Shown: positions 39,866-50,889 of the stretch, in pieces | How positions within the stretch are numbered: the first letter of the stretch is position 1 | Layout: each line of letters starts with the position of its first letter | From: Dudresnaya verticillata | Taxonomy: Eukaryota | Assembly: GCA_977862235.1 (NCBI GenBank) | Contig: OZ374564.1 | Location: 682,001-746,000 of the forward strand | Length of the DNA: 64,000 nucleotides | Direction of reading: 5' to 3' | Program-made: the position numbers and the translations under genes | The notes under the pieces: generated by a model | Databases searched by the model: none | The model's input: the letters and a program-made list of their open reading frames with translations, nothing else | What the model was told of the DNA's origin: nothing

Positions 39866-42800
39866 TCATGCATTTCGAGGCGGGTATCCTTTCCAGCGCT
39901 CCAAAATGAAAAATTGTGCCTGCAGAATATGACGGTGTCCACGTTTGCTGGCCTGACAGGAAGCTGAACATCTGTGAATGACACCAACTCGCCTACAATA
40001 CTGATTCCAGAAAAGTAATGACGGCCCGTTCTCCGGGATAGAAACTTCATAAATCTCATCATGGCATAGAATCTTACTTTCCGATACCGGTGAGTTTCCG
40101 GGCGTTACATTATCTTCTGTGTGGAGTGCTTGTACACAAGGTAGCACTAACGCTCCTGTTTTCCCCTTGTATGAAAAAAATGTCAACACGTACCAGAAGG
40201 ATACTGCTTCTTCATATAGTTGTGATTCATCGCTATTTGCAGGAATATCTTCGCCCTGTAGAACGACAGGAAAGGCGGGTTGCGTTTGTCCTTTCAACCT
40301 TGCTTCCAGAACTTGGACAACATCTCCCTGATGTACATCAAATGAATTCATGGGTGGAAGAGCTCCATTTACCATGCCGGATTTCCAGACAAGCCTAGCC
40401 CGGGTACCGAAGAGCTTATGTTCTTTTCGTTTCTCCTCCGAGATGGAAAAATAATTCAACAGTATGTTTGTTCCGCTCTCGCTCATTCTCAACTCAATAT
40501 CTTCCGGCCTTCCAAAACCTTCATCATTTGTCATTGCGCCATCGGAACAATGCCATGTGGAATGCGCAGTGAACTTCCAAAGGTCATCTACTTCCCAACT
40601 GCTTCTGTCATCTTTCATTGATCCGGTTGTGGACATTACTGTCCTACCTTCGCGTGCTAACCTTTCATCAACCGTTCCTTGGGGTCCAAGAGCTCTGCGG
40701 ACGAACTCAAAATCAGCGTCCTCCACTCTTCCTTTCCTATCTATTATTGCTTCCCTCCCGCAAAGGAGACGTAGCAGACCTCTTACGGTATCCTTTCTGG
40801 GCTCATTGCCTTGCTCTCTATATTCTTGCACGAGCATGTTCATTCGCCCCTGCCAGTCATTCATAGCTGCTGCCGTGACAGCATAGTCCAAATGCGAATC
40901 CCTATGATTTGACCTTGTCACGGATCTTTTCAACCCTTGGTGGGCTCGTTCAAACGCAAGCTCAGCCACTCTACGAATGCTTCCAATCATTGGCAGCAAT
41001 ACCATCCCAAGTTCGTACAACCTATGCGCGTTTGGATGATCAAACCTCTCTCGTGCAAGTAAGGTTTCCGACCACTCGCGTTGAGACCGGGCCTTCCTCT
41101 TCTTCTGTTCAGAGCTTCTTCCGGACCTTGCCGCTTGGTAGTCTGCAAAATCGTTTGCAGAAAATGTGCAGAGGCGACGAGCAAGGTCCAAATGCGAGAT
41201 GATTGTCTTCTGTAGAGAAGCTACGTAGTTGTATCCTTCATTTCGGTTGAATTCAACTGACATTTCCTTTCCATCAACTCTAGCTCTCGGCCAATACCAC
41301 AATCGAGAGACTAGAACTGAGAAAGACTGGACCAATGCAATTGCAAGTATGCATTTTCTGGAAAGACCTGATTCTTCTAGAGAGGTTATACCACTTTCTC
41401 CACTCCTGGCCATATCAGTCTCCGGAAACCTTAGTATATCGGAATGTGACAATACGCTTGATCCACTACAATCCCTGCAAATGAGCTTCAGGGCAAACGG
41501 TGCTACATACAGGAGGACATAGAGTTCACTCAACTTCATAGAATGAAGACTTATGTGAGAGCTCTTCTCCGGGTCCTAGATTCTGTTCTGGAATGGAAGT
41601 CGTAATTCCTTCATGATTGAGATGCAGTACACATCAAACTTTCTTCGTTGAGGTCGGGATAGCAATACTATGATGCAGTTGAGACAATCCTTGGCATGTC
41701 CTGTTAATAGATGGTCAGGGGCGATGAGCATTCCCTGGTATGGATCAATCTGACCAGGAACAACGGGATTACCATACTCAGTTTTTGGAATTCGGTCCCG
41801 ATTGCGCAAGAACGCTTCATCCAGCTGATGAATCAGACAAGAACCCTCCTTTCCCACTGCACTTATTCCCAGTTCTTGCCTCTTCCGGTTATCAGTGCAA
41901 TAGTTCCTGACTGAAACATGCCTCCTGTGGTACCTTCTCGCGTGCTCCATCCCTCCATGGAGACTGGTTTGAAGGTAACGAGCATTCACCGGGGACACAC
42001 CTCCTCCCTCCTTTTCCGAAGATATATCCTGTCGAACGTACTTACAGAGATGACAACAAGCATCTGCATTGTGCCCACGGATGTCTAGGACCTGGTTCGC
42101 TGCAGGAGTATCAGCAAGGATACCAACGAGGTCGAGAAATATTTTAACCCTCTCCCCGTCAGCATCGTAGTCCTCGAAGCCTTCTGTCATCCCCTTCACT
42201 AAGTCCTCCTCCAATCTTATTAAGACCTCGTCGACATTAACGCCAGGTGGCACCAAACTCAGAATGAGAACAGAGGAACTGCTGGACCTTTCCCTCGGGG
42301 CAGGTTAAGACATACAATATAGATTCCCTCCCCGCTGGCTTGCTTCCCTTCAGTCATCCTAAAACCGTCCCAGTACAGAAGGAATCTATATACAACGTAC
42401 TTGCAGCCATCCTTCAGGTTTCCGATACTTGATCCAACTCGTTCCAGTTGCTCATCTGAGCTACCAGGAACCTGTGGTAGGACAATTATCTTTCGAATGC
42501 CACGTACACGGTTCAATACATGGGCATCACTAACATTCTCTCCTTGATCGCTTGAGTACAGAGACCTGAACATGTGACATAAGTCACCCATATCCCGCAG
42601 TTCATTTCCTTGCGAATTGCACTTCGGAGCAACCCATAACATGAATCTGGAAAGGTCGTCATCTCGAGGAAAGAAGCGATGCACAATAACGATAATACTG
42701 TTTCCATTCTCATATTGTAACGGAGAGATAAGCGTAAAAGTATCCCCTGGACATTTTAACCTCTCTGCCATCTGCTGACAGAAGACGTCTTCTGTACGTA

Positions 42801-44343
42801 CGTTATCAGTCGGATTGTAACCCTGGATAAGTATACCGGCGATGCATTTCCCTAGTTGGGAAATCGCAGTATGAATATATAATTCATATGAAGATTCACG
42901 GCCATGTCCGTCATGGCGTGCACAGAAAGCAACAAACTTTCCAAGCACTGCGGTGCCGGGACTAAGGTTCGTCCTTTCACCCGATAGTTGACTGAAAGTG
43001 GCACGTAGTTCGTCTGGAAGGTCTCTGGAACCAAAACAAGAAACTTGAACCACATCACCAAGTTTGGCACGGGTGTTTGGAACATTACAATGTCCTGTAA
43101 TATTACCGCTTTCTTCCTCGTCCACAGAGATGCACTGAAATCCTCCGTAGAATCTTTTCCTTTGCGCCACCAGGGGCCAGTCATCAACAAATTCCCAATC
43201 CCTAATAGCAGGCCGCACAATGCCATTAGCTTCGGTTTCAAGTCCAGCCTTGCTTTCTAACGAGGTTGCCTTTATCGCCCGGTGCACAGGACCGCAGGAA
43301 ATATCCATCCTTGCATACTCACTCACCGGAATCATACGGACCGCAGTTGTCGCAGACCCTTCCGTGGATAGTGCATTGACGCCAGGCTTGTTAATGTCAA
43401 CTTCATGGATCTCATCTGTAGCTCGTGCGATTAAACTAGCCTTCAGTGCCCTCATATAATCTCTCTTAATTGTCCGATACGACGGGAAAACAAAAGGAAG
43501 TTTTTGGCCAGCGTAGGTAGTGCCCCTGTTCACCACTGCGGGAGCAAGTGACGTGTCTAATGGAACTATCGAGGCTTCCATAGTTGACTTCTTCCAGGAG
43601 GATAGACCTTGCATACGATTTACAAGATTAATAATCCTTAGATGTTCATCGTACTGTTCTCGAGACAATCGAACACTTCCCGATACCATCAGGATAGGGA
43701 GGATAACTTGCCAGTGGTTTAAAGACACTTGCGCGGAATTTTTGTAGTCGCCCTCATCTCCATCATCATTAGTCAGGTCAATGTTTTCGTCGACATTGTC
43801 AAGAGCATCATATGAAATATCCTCGTCGTATATATCCAATCTATCCGTCATTTCACCTTCTTCACATGGGTACTCTTGCTTTTCTATCTCACTGTTGCTT
43901 TCCATACCCTGACTTTCTGGGCGCTCGTCCTCCACAGTGCGTCCAGAAAAGGCATCAGCATTGCGACCAGATGATTCAGTTGAGTCAACCGCAGTTATCT
44001 CTTCTCTTGAGATTCGTGTCGGGAGAGGTGCATTTTCGACTCCTATCCTTTCCTGTGCATGTGTCCAGATACTGCAACGTCCACTCATCCGATTATCAAG
44101 CATGTCGTCTGGTTGAACCGGTTTCTCCCTCTCGTCATTTTCGTTGGGGCAATTGCCTTCTGGTTCCAAATGAGGCATGCAGAAGGGCACCTCTTGAGAG
44201 GTCGGTCGCTTATCGAGAGGGGATTCAACTGCAACCCCTGAGGGTGGCAGCGCTGCATGCTCATGGACTACCTTGCTCAAACCAAATGCCTTATCCACTC
44301 GGCGCTTCTTCCACCCTCGAGATCTCGACCTTGTCCAGTCCAT
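39866..44343 (-). pseudogene. CACTA/EnSpm-type (Transposase_21/TnpD-like) DDE transposase, ~1490 codons, one frameshift (~42290) and one TAG (41576)
   Basis: Ordered motifs LYWDGF, CLNLP, LADTPAA..GHNADACCHLC, APDHLLTG, AFERAH are characteristic of CMC-superfamily transposases. Confidence 0.85.
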
Positions 44344-45099
44344 CCTTTCACTCAGTCGACTGATGACTATATTACCTCACTTTTGCCATTCTCCAGGTAA
44401 TGAAACTTTCATGCGTTACGATAACAACCGTGATCTGATTGTTCAGTTCAGCGAAATTCCAATAGCTCCCGGTTGCGGACTGAAACGTTATCCCTACCAA
44501 GGTGAATCAGTGAGGGATCCCTAGATACATTGATATAATTACTAGCACTAGCACTGATACTGAAATATCGACTCACTTTCTAGAAAGTACAGCTATACAG
44601 GAGAGAACGGCAGCCTGACGTTCACAATCATTCGATGTGAAGCGGTTTGAGAAGTGGTTTACCGACTGCTTGCTGCCATCTGGTCGGTAACCAATCAGTG
44701 AGGAGAACTCACTTCTGGTGACTGCGAAGGTCTGGCCTCTTACATTTCTGATAGCGCAATCAGAATGCAAATTACAAGCCTCACACCTCTGTCTGTGATC
44801 CCTGCTAATCCCTTGTTCATTCATCACTTTGAACGACCAGTTAATGCAGAATGCGTTTATGTATGCCTACGACGACCGCTTTGAGTAGAATCTCATTATC
44901 TTGCCAGGGAACTGTGGCACCTCTCATGGCGTTCCACAGCCATAAATTCTTGATTTTTATGGAGATGAGCGACCAGGTAGGCAACAAGGTCCATTCTGTG
45001 CGATGAGTCCAGGCTGACAGAAAAGATTGAGCCAAAGCACTTCGAAAAGCAGTTCAGTGGGTACTGCTACAATTATTGCGGTTAACTGCAATAATCGAA

Positions 45100-45640
45100 A
45101 GGGCTTGTAAGCCTTTCATATGCAGGTTCATATGAATAGACTTGCCTTTCATAGGCCCTGTCGTATAAATAGACCTGTCCTTTCATAGCCCCTGTCGTAT
45201 TAAGGGACTACCCAGACTTTCGCACGAAAGGACCATTTGGCGACAATGTCCTTTCGTACGGACCAGCTGTCCTTTCGTATGAAAGGATCAGGTGTCCTTT
45301 CATATGAAAGGTGTCCTTTCGAGTGAAATGACCACTCATCCTTTCGTGGTGATTTTTGGTGAAAGGATGATCATCCGAATGGACACCTCACACAAAAGTG
45401 TGTGTGAGATGTCCATTCATCCTTTCGTGGTGGTTGTCGGTGAAAGGATGAATGGACATCTCACACACACTTTTGTCACACTTTTGTGTGAGATGTCCAT
45501 TCATCCTTTCACCACTTTTCCTTTGATGTAAAATATGAAAGGACGCTCGTATGGATTAAATTATGCAGTTCATGAAAAGGCACGTCCTTTCTTACGGCTC
45601 GCGTGCACGCGTGTACGCGAGCCGTACGAAAGGACGAGCC
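45100..45640. repeat. GAAAGG-rich spacer with nested inverted repeats upstream of the transposase
   Basis: Perfect 29-bp arms at 45439-45467 and 45485-45513; second hairpin 45583-45636; numerous CCTTTC/GAAAGG copies. Confidence 0.88.
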
Positions 45641-45887
45641 ATGTTAGCTCCCTCAGTCCATGGATAAGTTCTGGCAGCATTGTACCTCGAGCTACGTGAT
45701 TTTCGCGGAACGTCTGTCTACAGAATGACTTATTCTGAAATTATCCCGTGTGCATTTACGAGCCGCTAATGTAGCGCTAATGAATGATTCGTTGCATGCA
45801 TGTTACATTCCTACTGAGAGGGCTGAATCCAACGAATTCGTTGCTTATAAAAGTAGACATTCAGGCTCATCTGTAAATCCCAGTTTG

Positions 45888-47738
45888 TTACCCGGTACAA
45901 CTCTTTCCGCCCCGCCTAAATGCATCGCCATGGGTGCAAAGCAATCTCTGTATCTCGGAAGCTGCTTTGCTTCCATTGAAGGAAGTAATTGGAATGGAAC
46001 ACTGAAGTGCCCCAAGAACATCTTCAGCTCCAGTATATGGTGACCCTACATGGAGTCTTTGGTCAGGCAGTTTCTCCCATTCCAGCCGAAACTCAAATTG
46101 GTCTGTATACGCCGTTGTGAGAGGTGTCTTGGATTCTAGTGAACGTCCTTGCGTAGTCTTGGACGAAATAGACCTGTCTATGAAGTCCCGCAACCAGGAA
46201 GATGGCTCTTCCCGTACACGAAAGCGCTCCTCAAAAATCCCTTCCACTTCGTTCCAACAACAACGAGGTCGATGGAGGACTGGAACGACATCATTGGGAT
46301 TAGTTTGAAGATATCTGTACCCCGTTCCCAGCCCAACGCATGTTTCCCCGCTGTTTTGGCTTTCGGGTGACTTGTCTTCGCGCTCAATACAGTTAAATGT
46401 GCTCCCGACTACCACAACGGTATCCACGGAAGATGATGCGCTTGTCTGTACTTGTAACATGACTTCCTGTGAGACGTTGGGCTCCATTTCCAGTTCATCA
46501 CACAAGTCCGCAAAAGTCGGGAACACTATACAGAATTTTGATCGATCTCCCAATGTCAAGAATACGGCTTTGAACGTGCTTGGGCGAATGTCAGCCCGTC
46601 CCGATAGACGCGACCTTGCACCTTGCGCTATGTCAATAAAGTCCTGCATTGTGCAATATGTCTTAGTTGTACGTAGCATCTTGCATGTGACAGCTGTGCT
46701 ATCACAAACTGACTTAGTGTTTGTGCTCTTCTTAGCTACCGACCGAAGGACGGAAAGGACGAAAGTCTGTACGAACCTCTTCAGTCTGTGAATATCCCGA
46801 GCTCTGTAACTTTGTGTAGAACTTGGCCCATGCATTGTCATTAGTCCGGACACGATGCTTTGCAGTCCTTGCACCTGTTTTTCCAAGCAAACAACTTTCT
46901 CGGATATTGACAGCACAGCTCCCTGAAGTTCTGCTCGACCTTGCCTACAAACATCCGGTGCGCACTCGGTATCAAGAATAAGTTCGTCGCTGCTCTCCAT
47001 ACAATCGTCTTTTGAACCCCACATACAATATCGCCAGGCCGCTACCATTCCTCCATGAATTCGGGGACCATGCCGGAGTTGGTTACGCCCGAAGAAGGAA
47101 ATGCCATGGTAAGTGTAGTTGGAAAGGTCATCCGGGGATACACTGTGAGGTGAAGATGTGTACGTCAACGACATCGTCTTTCCGCAATTCTCCGCACCCA
47201 CTAGTGCAGCCCACCAAGTACGTTTATCGTCCTTTCGTGATCTTGTATTTCCATCAACGCCATGTCTAGTTGAATTTCCTGGTTCCCAATCCCGGTCATC
47301 ATTCGCTGCGATAACGTCCGCGTTATCTAGCACCCAACATACTTCTATAAATGAACCTGGGCTTGGAACTTTGTCTTCCCTCTGCCGTGTCGACCTTTTC
47401 CGCGTATGAAATGAGACTGCCTGCGCGCCACTCGATACATCGTTGCATGCAAGGACAGCTGTTCCGCAAGGTCGGGGAGACACAGCATGGTTCCCATCCT
47501 TGTTCCGAGCGTCGCCGTCCAGTTGACGGCTGGCGTCACCCGCCCGGCCACTCTCGTCTGAAGTTGAGTTATTTTCTTCTTCTTGGTTGGAGAAGCGATC
47601 TGCGTTCAATGATCCTTCCATAGATTGAACCTGAAAGGATGAAGCATCGGCGCAAAGGTCTCTGCACGGATCCGAATTCAGCATCCTCTCACGCACTAAA
47701 CCGGCCGGCGTGAGCATCCCGGGATATTCAGGCATCAT
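45888..47738 (-). CDS. Cargo gene 5, intact 616-aa protein with possible Tudor/Agenet-like barrel and coiled coil
   Basis: Uninterrupted ORF. PGSFIEVCW...KRTWWAALV...SLTY resembles a Tudor-like aromatic barrel; ISEKVVCLEKQVQGLQSIV heptads. Confidence 0.6.
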   Translation of the reverse strand: MMPEYPGMLTPAGLVRERMLNSDPCRDLCADASSFQVQSMEGSLNADRFSNQEEENNSTSDESGRAGDASRQLDGDARNKDGNHAVSPRPCGTAVLACNDVSSGAQAVSFHTRKRSTRQREDKVPSPGSFIEVCWVLDNADVIAANDDRDWEPGNSTRHGVDGNTRSRKDDKRTWWAALVGAENCGKTMSLTYTSSPHSVSPDDLSNYTYHGISFFGRNQLRHGPRIHGGMVAAWRYCMWGSKDDCMESSDELILDTECAPDVCRQGRAELQGAVLSISEKVVCLEKQVQGLQSIVSGLMTMHGPSSTQSYRARDIHRLKRFVQTFVLSVLRSVAKKSTNTKSVCDSTAVTCKMLRTTKTYCTMQDFIDIAQGARSRLSGRADIRPSTFKAVFLTLGDRSKFCIVFPTFADLCDELEMEPNVSQEVMLQVQTSASSSVDTVVVVGSTFNCIEREDKSPESQNSGETCVGLGTGYRYLQTNPNDVVPVLHRPRCCWNEVEGIFEERFRVREEPSSWLRDFIDRSISSKTTQGRSLESKTPLTTAYTDQFEFRLEWEKLPDQRLHVGSPYTGAEDVLGALQCSIPITSFNGSKAASEIQRLLCTHGDAFRRGGKSCTG

Positions 47739-48153
47739 GAGGAGCTGTGGATGTTCCAGGGCTGGGAAGAGTGATGCAGACGGGGTTCGCCGGGAGACGT
47801 TAGAGTATATCTCCTGATCGACTGCAAGGATGATTGCGCAGGATAACTACAGAAGAAGAGCTTTCCATATCATGCTCGCTGAGCCTGAAGTTCGATTGAG
47901 TAGAGAATGAGCCTCCGTGAGATGATTGACCTTAACAAAGGTTTGAGATATACATGCATAACAGCGGTTGGTCAATGTTGCAGAGATGTGCAACCCAGAG
48001 ATTACACATCGGCCGTAAGCGGTAGCCATTTCGGCGCAGTAGTGTCATTACAGACACCAAATCTCTGATATTAGTGATTGTAAAACTCTAAAAATACATA
48101 TCAGTCGTGAAACTGTAATATCAGAACTCTGAAACTGTAAAAAATGTAAATCA

Positions 48154-48175
48154 GCCTTGATTTGTCCCCCCGGTG
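48154..48175 (-). repeat. Right terminal inverted repeat
   Basis: GCCTTGATTTGTCCCCCCGGTG followed by CA at 48176-48177. Confidence 0.92.
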
Positions 48176-48177
48176 CA

Positions 48178-48573
48178 ACGATGACTGTATATCTCGAGTG
48201 GTTTAGTTGCCCCATGTCACGTTCGACGAGTGCAAGTATCTTAGTGCCCTAGGCTGTTCAAATATGGGCAGAACGAGGCAGATTCGGATGAAGATTACGA
48301 GTCTGAGTCAGAGGCCTCTATTGGCAATTCGGACTCTGATGACAATGTATCGCTGAGCAACGTTGAGGATGAAGAGAATGACATTGAGGTTGACACAACT
48401 TCTTCAGCTCCACTACCTCCATCAGAACCCAGTTCATTCGAATCTGATGACACGGCTGAGGAAGAAAACGTCTCCGACATTCCTCCGGCTGGTGTGAGTT
48501 CAGATCCGGAACGCCAGCAACACAGTCGATATCCTCGTCGCCAACGTCGCCGGACGTCGAAATGGTTTATGGC
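48178..48573 (+). pseudogene. Old Copia fragment, right half, continuing from 13409
   Basis: HVTFDE...EADSDEDYES...RYPRRQRRRTSKWFMA is colinear with the intact Copia directly after IYRILVT. Confidence 0.92.
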
Positions 48574-49565
48574 TGTTGAGGACATGGTCGCTGGCGCCTC
48601 ACGTCACGGGTCAGGTACCCCAGATGGTACCCTGGCACGCTTTCACCAAACCTTCCGGAGACGACAGCCCTTTTTCCGGGCTTCCAAAATCACGGCGCAT
48701 TTAGGCATTTTGCAAAAGCAACGTGAAACGGGCTTCTGATTGGTTGTTACAAACCACCTCCATGGTCTATATGGCTTACAAGTGTTGTGCTGGAATTGGC
48801 GGTTATAACAGGAACGGCCAAGTGGAACGATCTGATTGGACCACATGGATGCACGTGGTATGGCATGGAATGGTACTGGTATGACGCGCACTGTACTCCA
48901 CAAGTACACATGAACGTGCCATGCAATGTGCTGATGGCGTCTGAGTTGGTACTGCAGGGACTTGCGCTACGTGGAGCCTGGCTTGTGATATCAGCAGATG
49001 CAGTTGTCGTGCGGCCGACACGTCGGTTTACAGTTGCCACGTAGCTGTCGTGCGGTCGACACGTTGGTTTACAGTGGGCACGTAGGCAAATCTGGGTGAT
49101 TACGTGGTCAATGATCCAAGTTGGATATTCATGGACGGACTTCAGCTCGTAAGTGCGGCCACGTGGTGTGCAGTGTTGTCCGACAGCAGCCATGCGGGGA
49201 CACTCGATACTTTCGAGTTCCCGCCCAAAGTTGGAGTACATATGGATGGCAGGAAATGCGGTCGCAAGAGGGATTGCTGATGTCAGCAGTTAGCAACACT
49301 GGTGTGCAAGTTCCCGCCCATTTTGGTGGCGGATGTGAGTGTGCTGAGAGTATGATTTGGTAGATTTGATTGCTTTACTTTTTCCCGCCCATTTGACGGT
49401 AGGGATTTTGGGCGTATCTTTAATGATTTGTTTTGTTTGTGCTCACGCAGCAACTCATCCGAAAAGCTGATATAAGCCATGTCGGATGGTCGACTGCAGT
49501 AAACGAAGTCAAGCGACTTCCATTTCTCATCTTGTTCAACTTCAACCTCTCCATATTCCTTTTCA
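48574..49565 (+). mobile_element. Copia LTR (992 bp) without TSD
   Basis: TGTTGAGG...CTTTTCA; flanks ATGGC and TTATC differ. Confidence 0.93.
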
Positions 49566-49903
49566 TTATCAACGTTAGTTACCCGATATGGTCCGCCACT
49601 GGCGCCAACTTATGTTTTCGCTCCGCGCGATCAGTGCCTCCGCCTCGAGCGAAGTATTCTTTTCGTACGAGTAAGAAGTCGCCTACGGCGGTTGCTTCCC
49701 TCGATTTCCTTAATCGGGTATCGAAGTTCCGTTTGTAACTGCGTAACCTGCGCTAAGAATCGCGTATTGCTGAGAAAGAACACCAAGCAATTGAAGTTAT
49801 TCCCGGCAACCGAGCCTCTCGAGTTCGTATCGTTCGGCATTCTGGGCGAACGCATACGCACGAAGCGAGGAAACAAGTTCCTACTCGTCATTGTGGACCG
49901 CTT
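49566..49903. pseudogene. Rearranged Gypsy integrase fragments
   Basis: 49566-~49738 is the reverse complement of ~6955-7127; ~49738-49903 matches ~6268-6433 (CVTCAKNRV...VIVDRF). Confidence 0.88.
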
Positions 49904-50889
49904 TGAAAAGTAATATGGAGAGGTTGGAGTTGAACAAGATGAGAAATGGAAGTCGCTTGACTTCGTTTACTGCAGTCGACCATCCGACATGGCTTATATC
50001 AGCTTTTCGGATGAGTTGCTGCGTGAACACAAACAAAACAAATCATTAAAGATACGCCCAAAATCCCTACCGTCAAATGGGCGGGAAAAAGTAAAGCAAT
50101 CAAATCTACCAAATCATACTCTCAGCACACTCACATCCGCCACCAAAATGGGCGGGAACTTGCACACCAGTGTTGCTAACTGCTGACATCAGCAATCCCT
50201 CTTGCGACCGCATTTCCTGCCATCCATATGTACTCCAACTTTGGGCGGGAACGTGAAAGTATCGAGTGTCCCCGCATGGCTGCTGTCGGACAACGCTGCA
50301 CACCACGTGGCCGCACTTACGAGCTGAAGTCCGTCCATGAATATCCAACTTGGATCATTGACCACGTAATCACCCAGATTTGCCTACGTGGCAGCTGTAA
50401 ACCAACGTGTCGGCCGCACGACACCTACGTGGCAACTGTAAACCAACGTGTCGGCCGCACGACAACTGCATCTGCTGATATCACAAGCCAGGCTCCACGT
50501 AGCGCAAGTCCCTGCAGTACCAACTCAGACGCCATCAGCACATTGCATGGCACGTTCATGTGTACTTGTGGAGTACAGTGCGCGTCATACCAGTACCATT
50601 CCATGCCATACCACGTGCATCCATGTGGTCCAATCAGATCGTTCCACTTGGCCGTTCCTGTTATAACCGCCAATTCCAGCACAACACTTGTAAGCCATAT
50701 AGACCATGGAGGCGGTTTGTAACAACCAATCAGAAGCCCGTTTCACGTTGCTTTTGCAAAAGGCCTAAATGCGCCGTGCTTTTGGAAGCCCGGAAAAAGG
50801 GCTGTCGTCTCCGGAAGGTTTGGTGAAAGCGTGCCAGGGTACCATCTGGGGTACCTGACCCGTGACGTGAGGCGCCAGCGACCATGTCC

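Larger units (their letters stand above)
13419..48175. mobile_element. Giant CACTA/EnSpm-like (CMC) DNA transposon, ~34.8 kb, with cargo genes
   Basis: TIRs CACCAGGGGGACAAATCAAGGC (13419-13440) and GCCTTGATTTGTCCCCCCGGTG (48154-48175) match at 21/22. CA on both sides. Flanks are the two halves of one Copia integrase. Internal Transposase_21-like gene. Confidence 0.9.

Noticed and set aside
13419..48175. Polinton/Maverick, Helitron, Starship or endogenous virus
   Set aside because: No recognisable pPolB, capsid, Rep-helicase or tyrosine recombinase. CAC-starting TIRs, a 2-bp TSD and Transposase_21-like motifs point to CMC.
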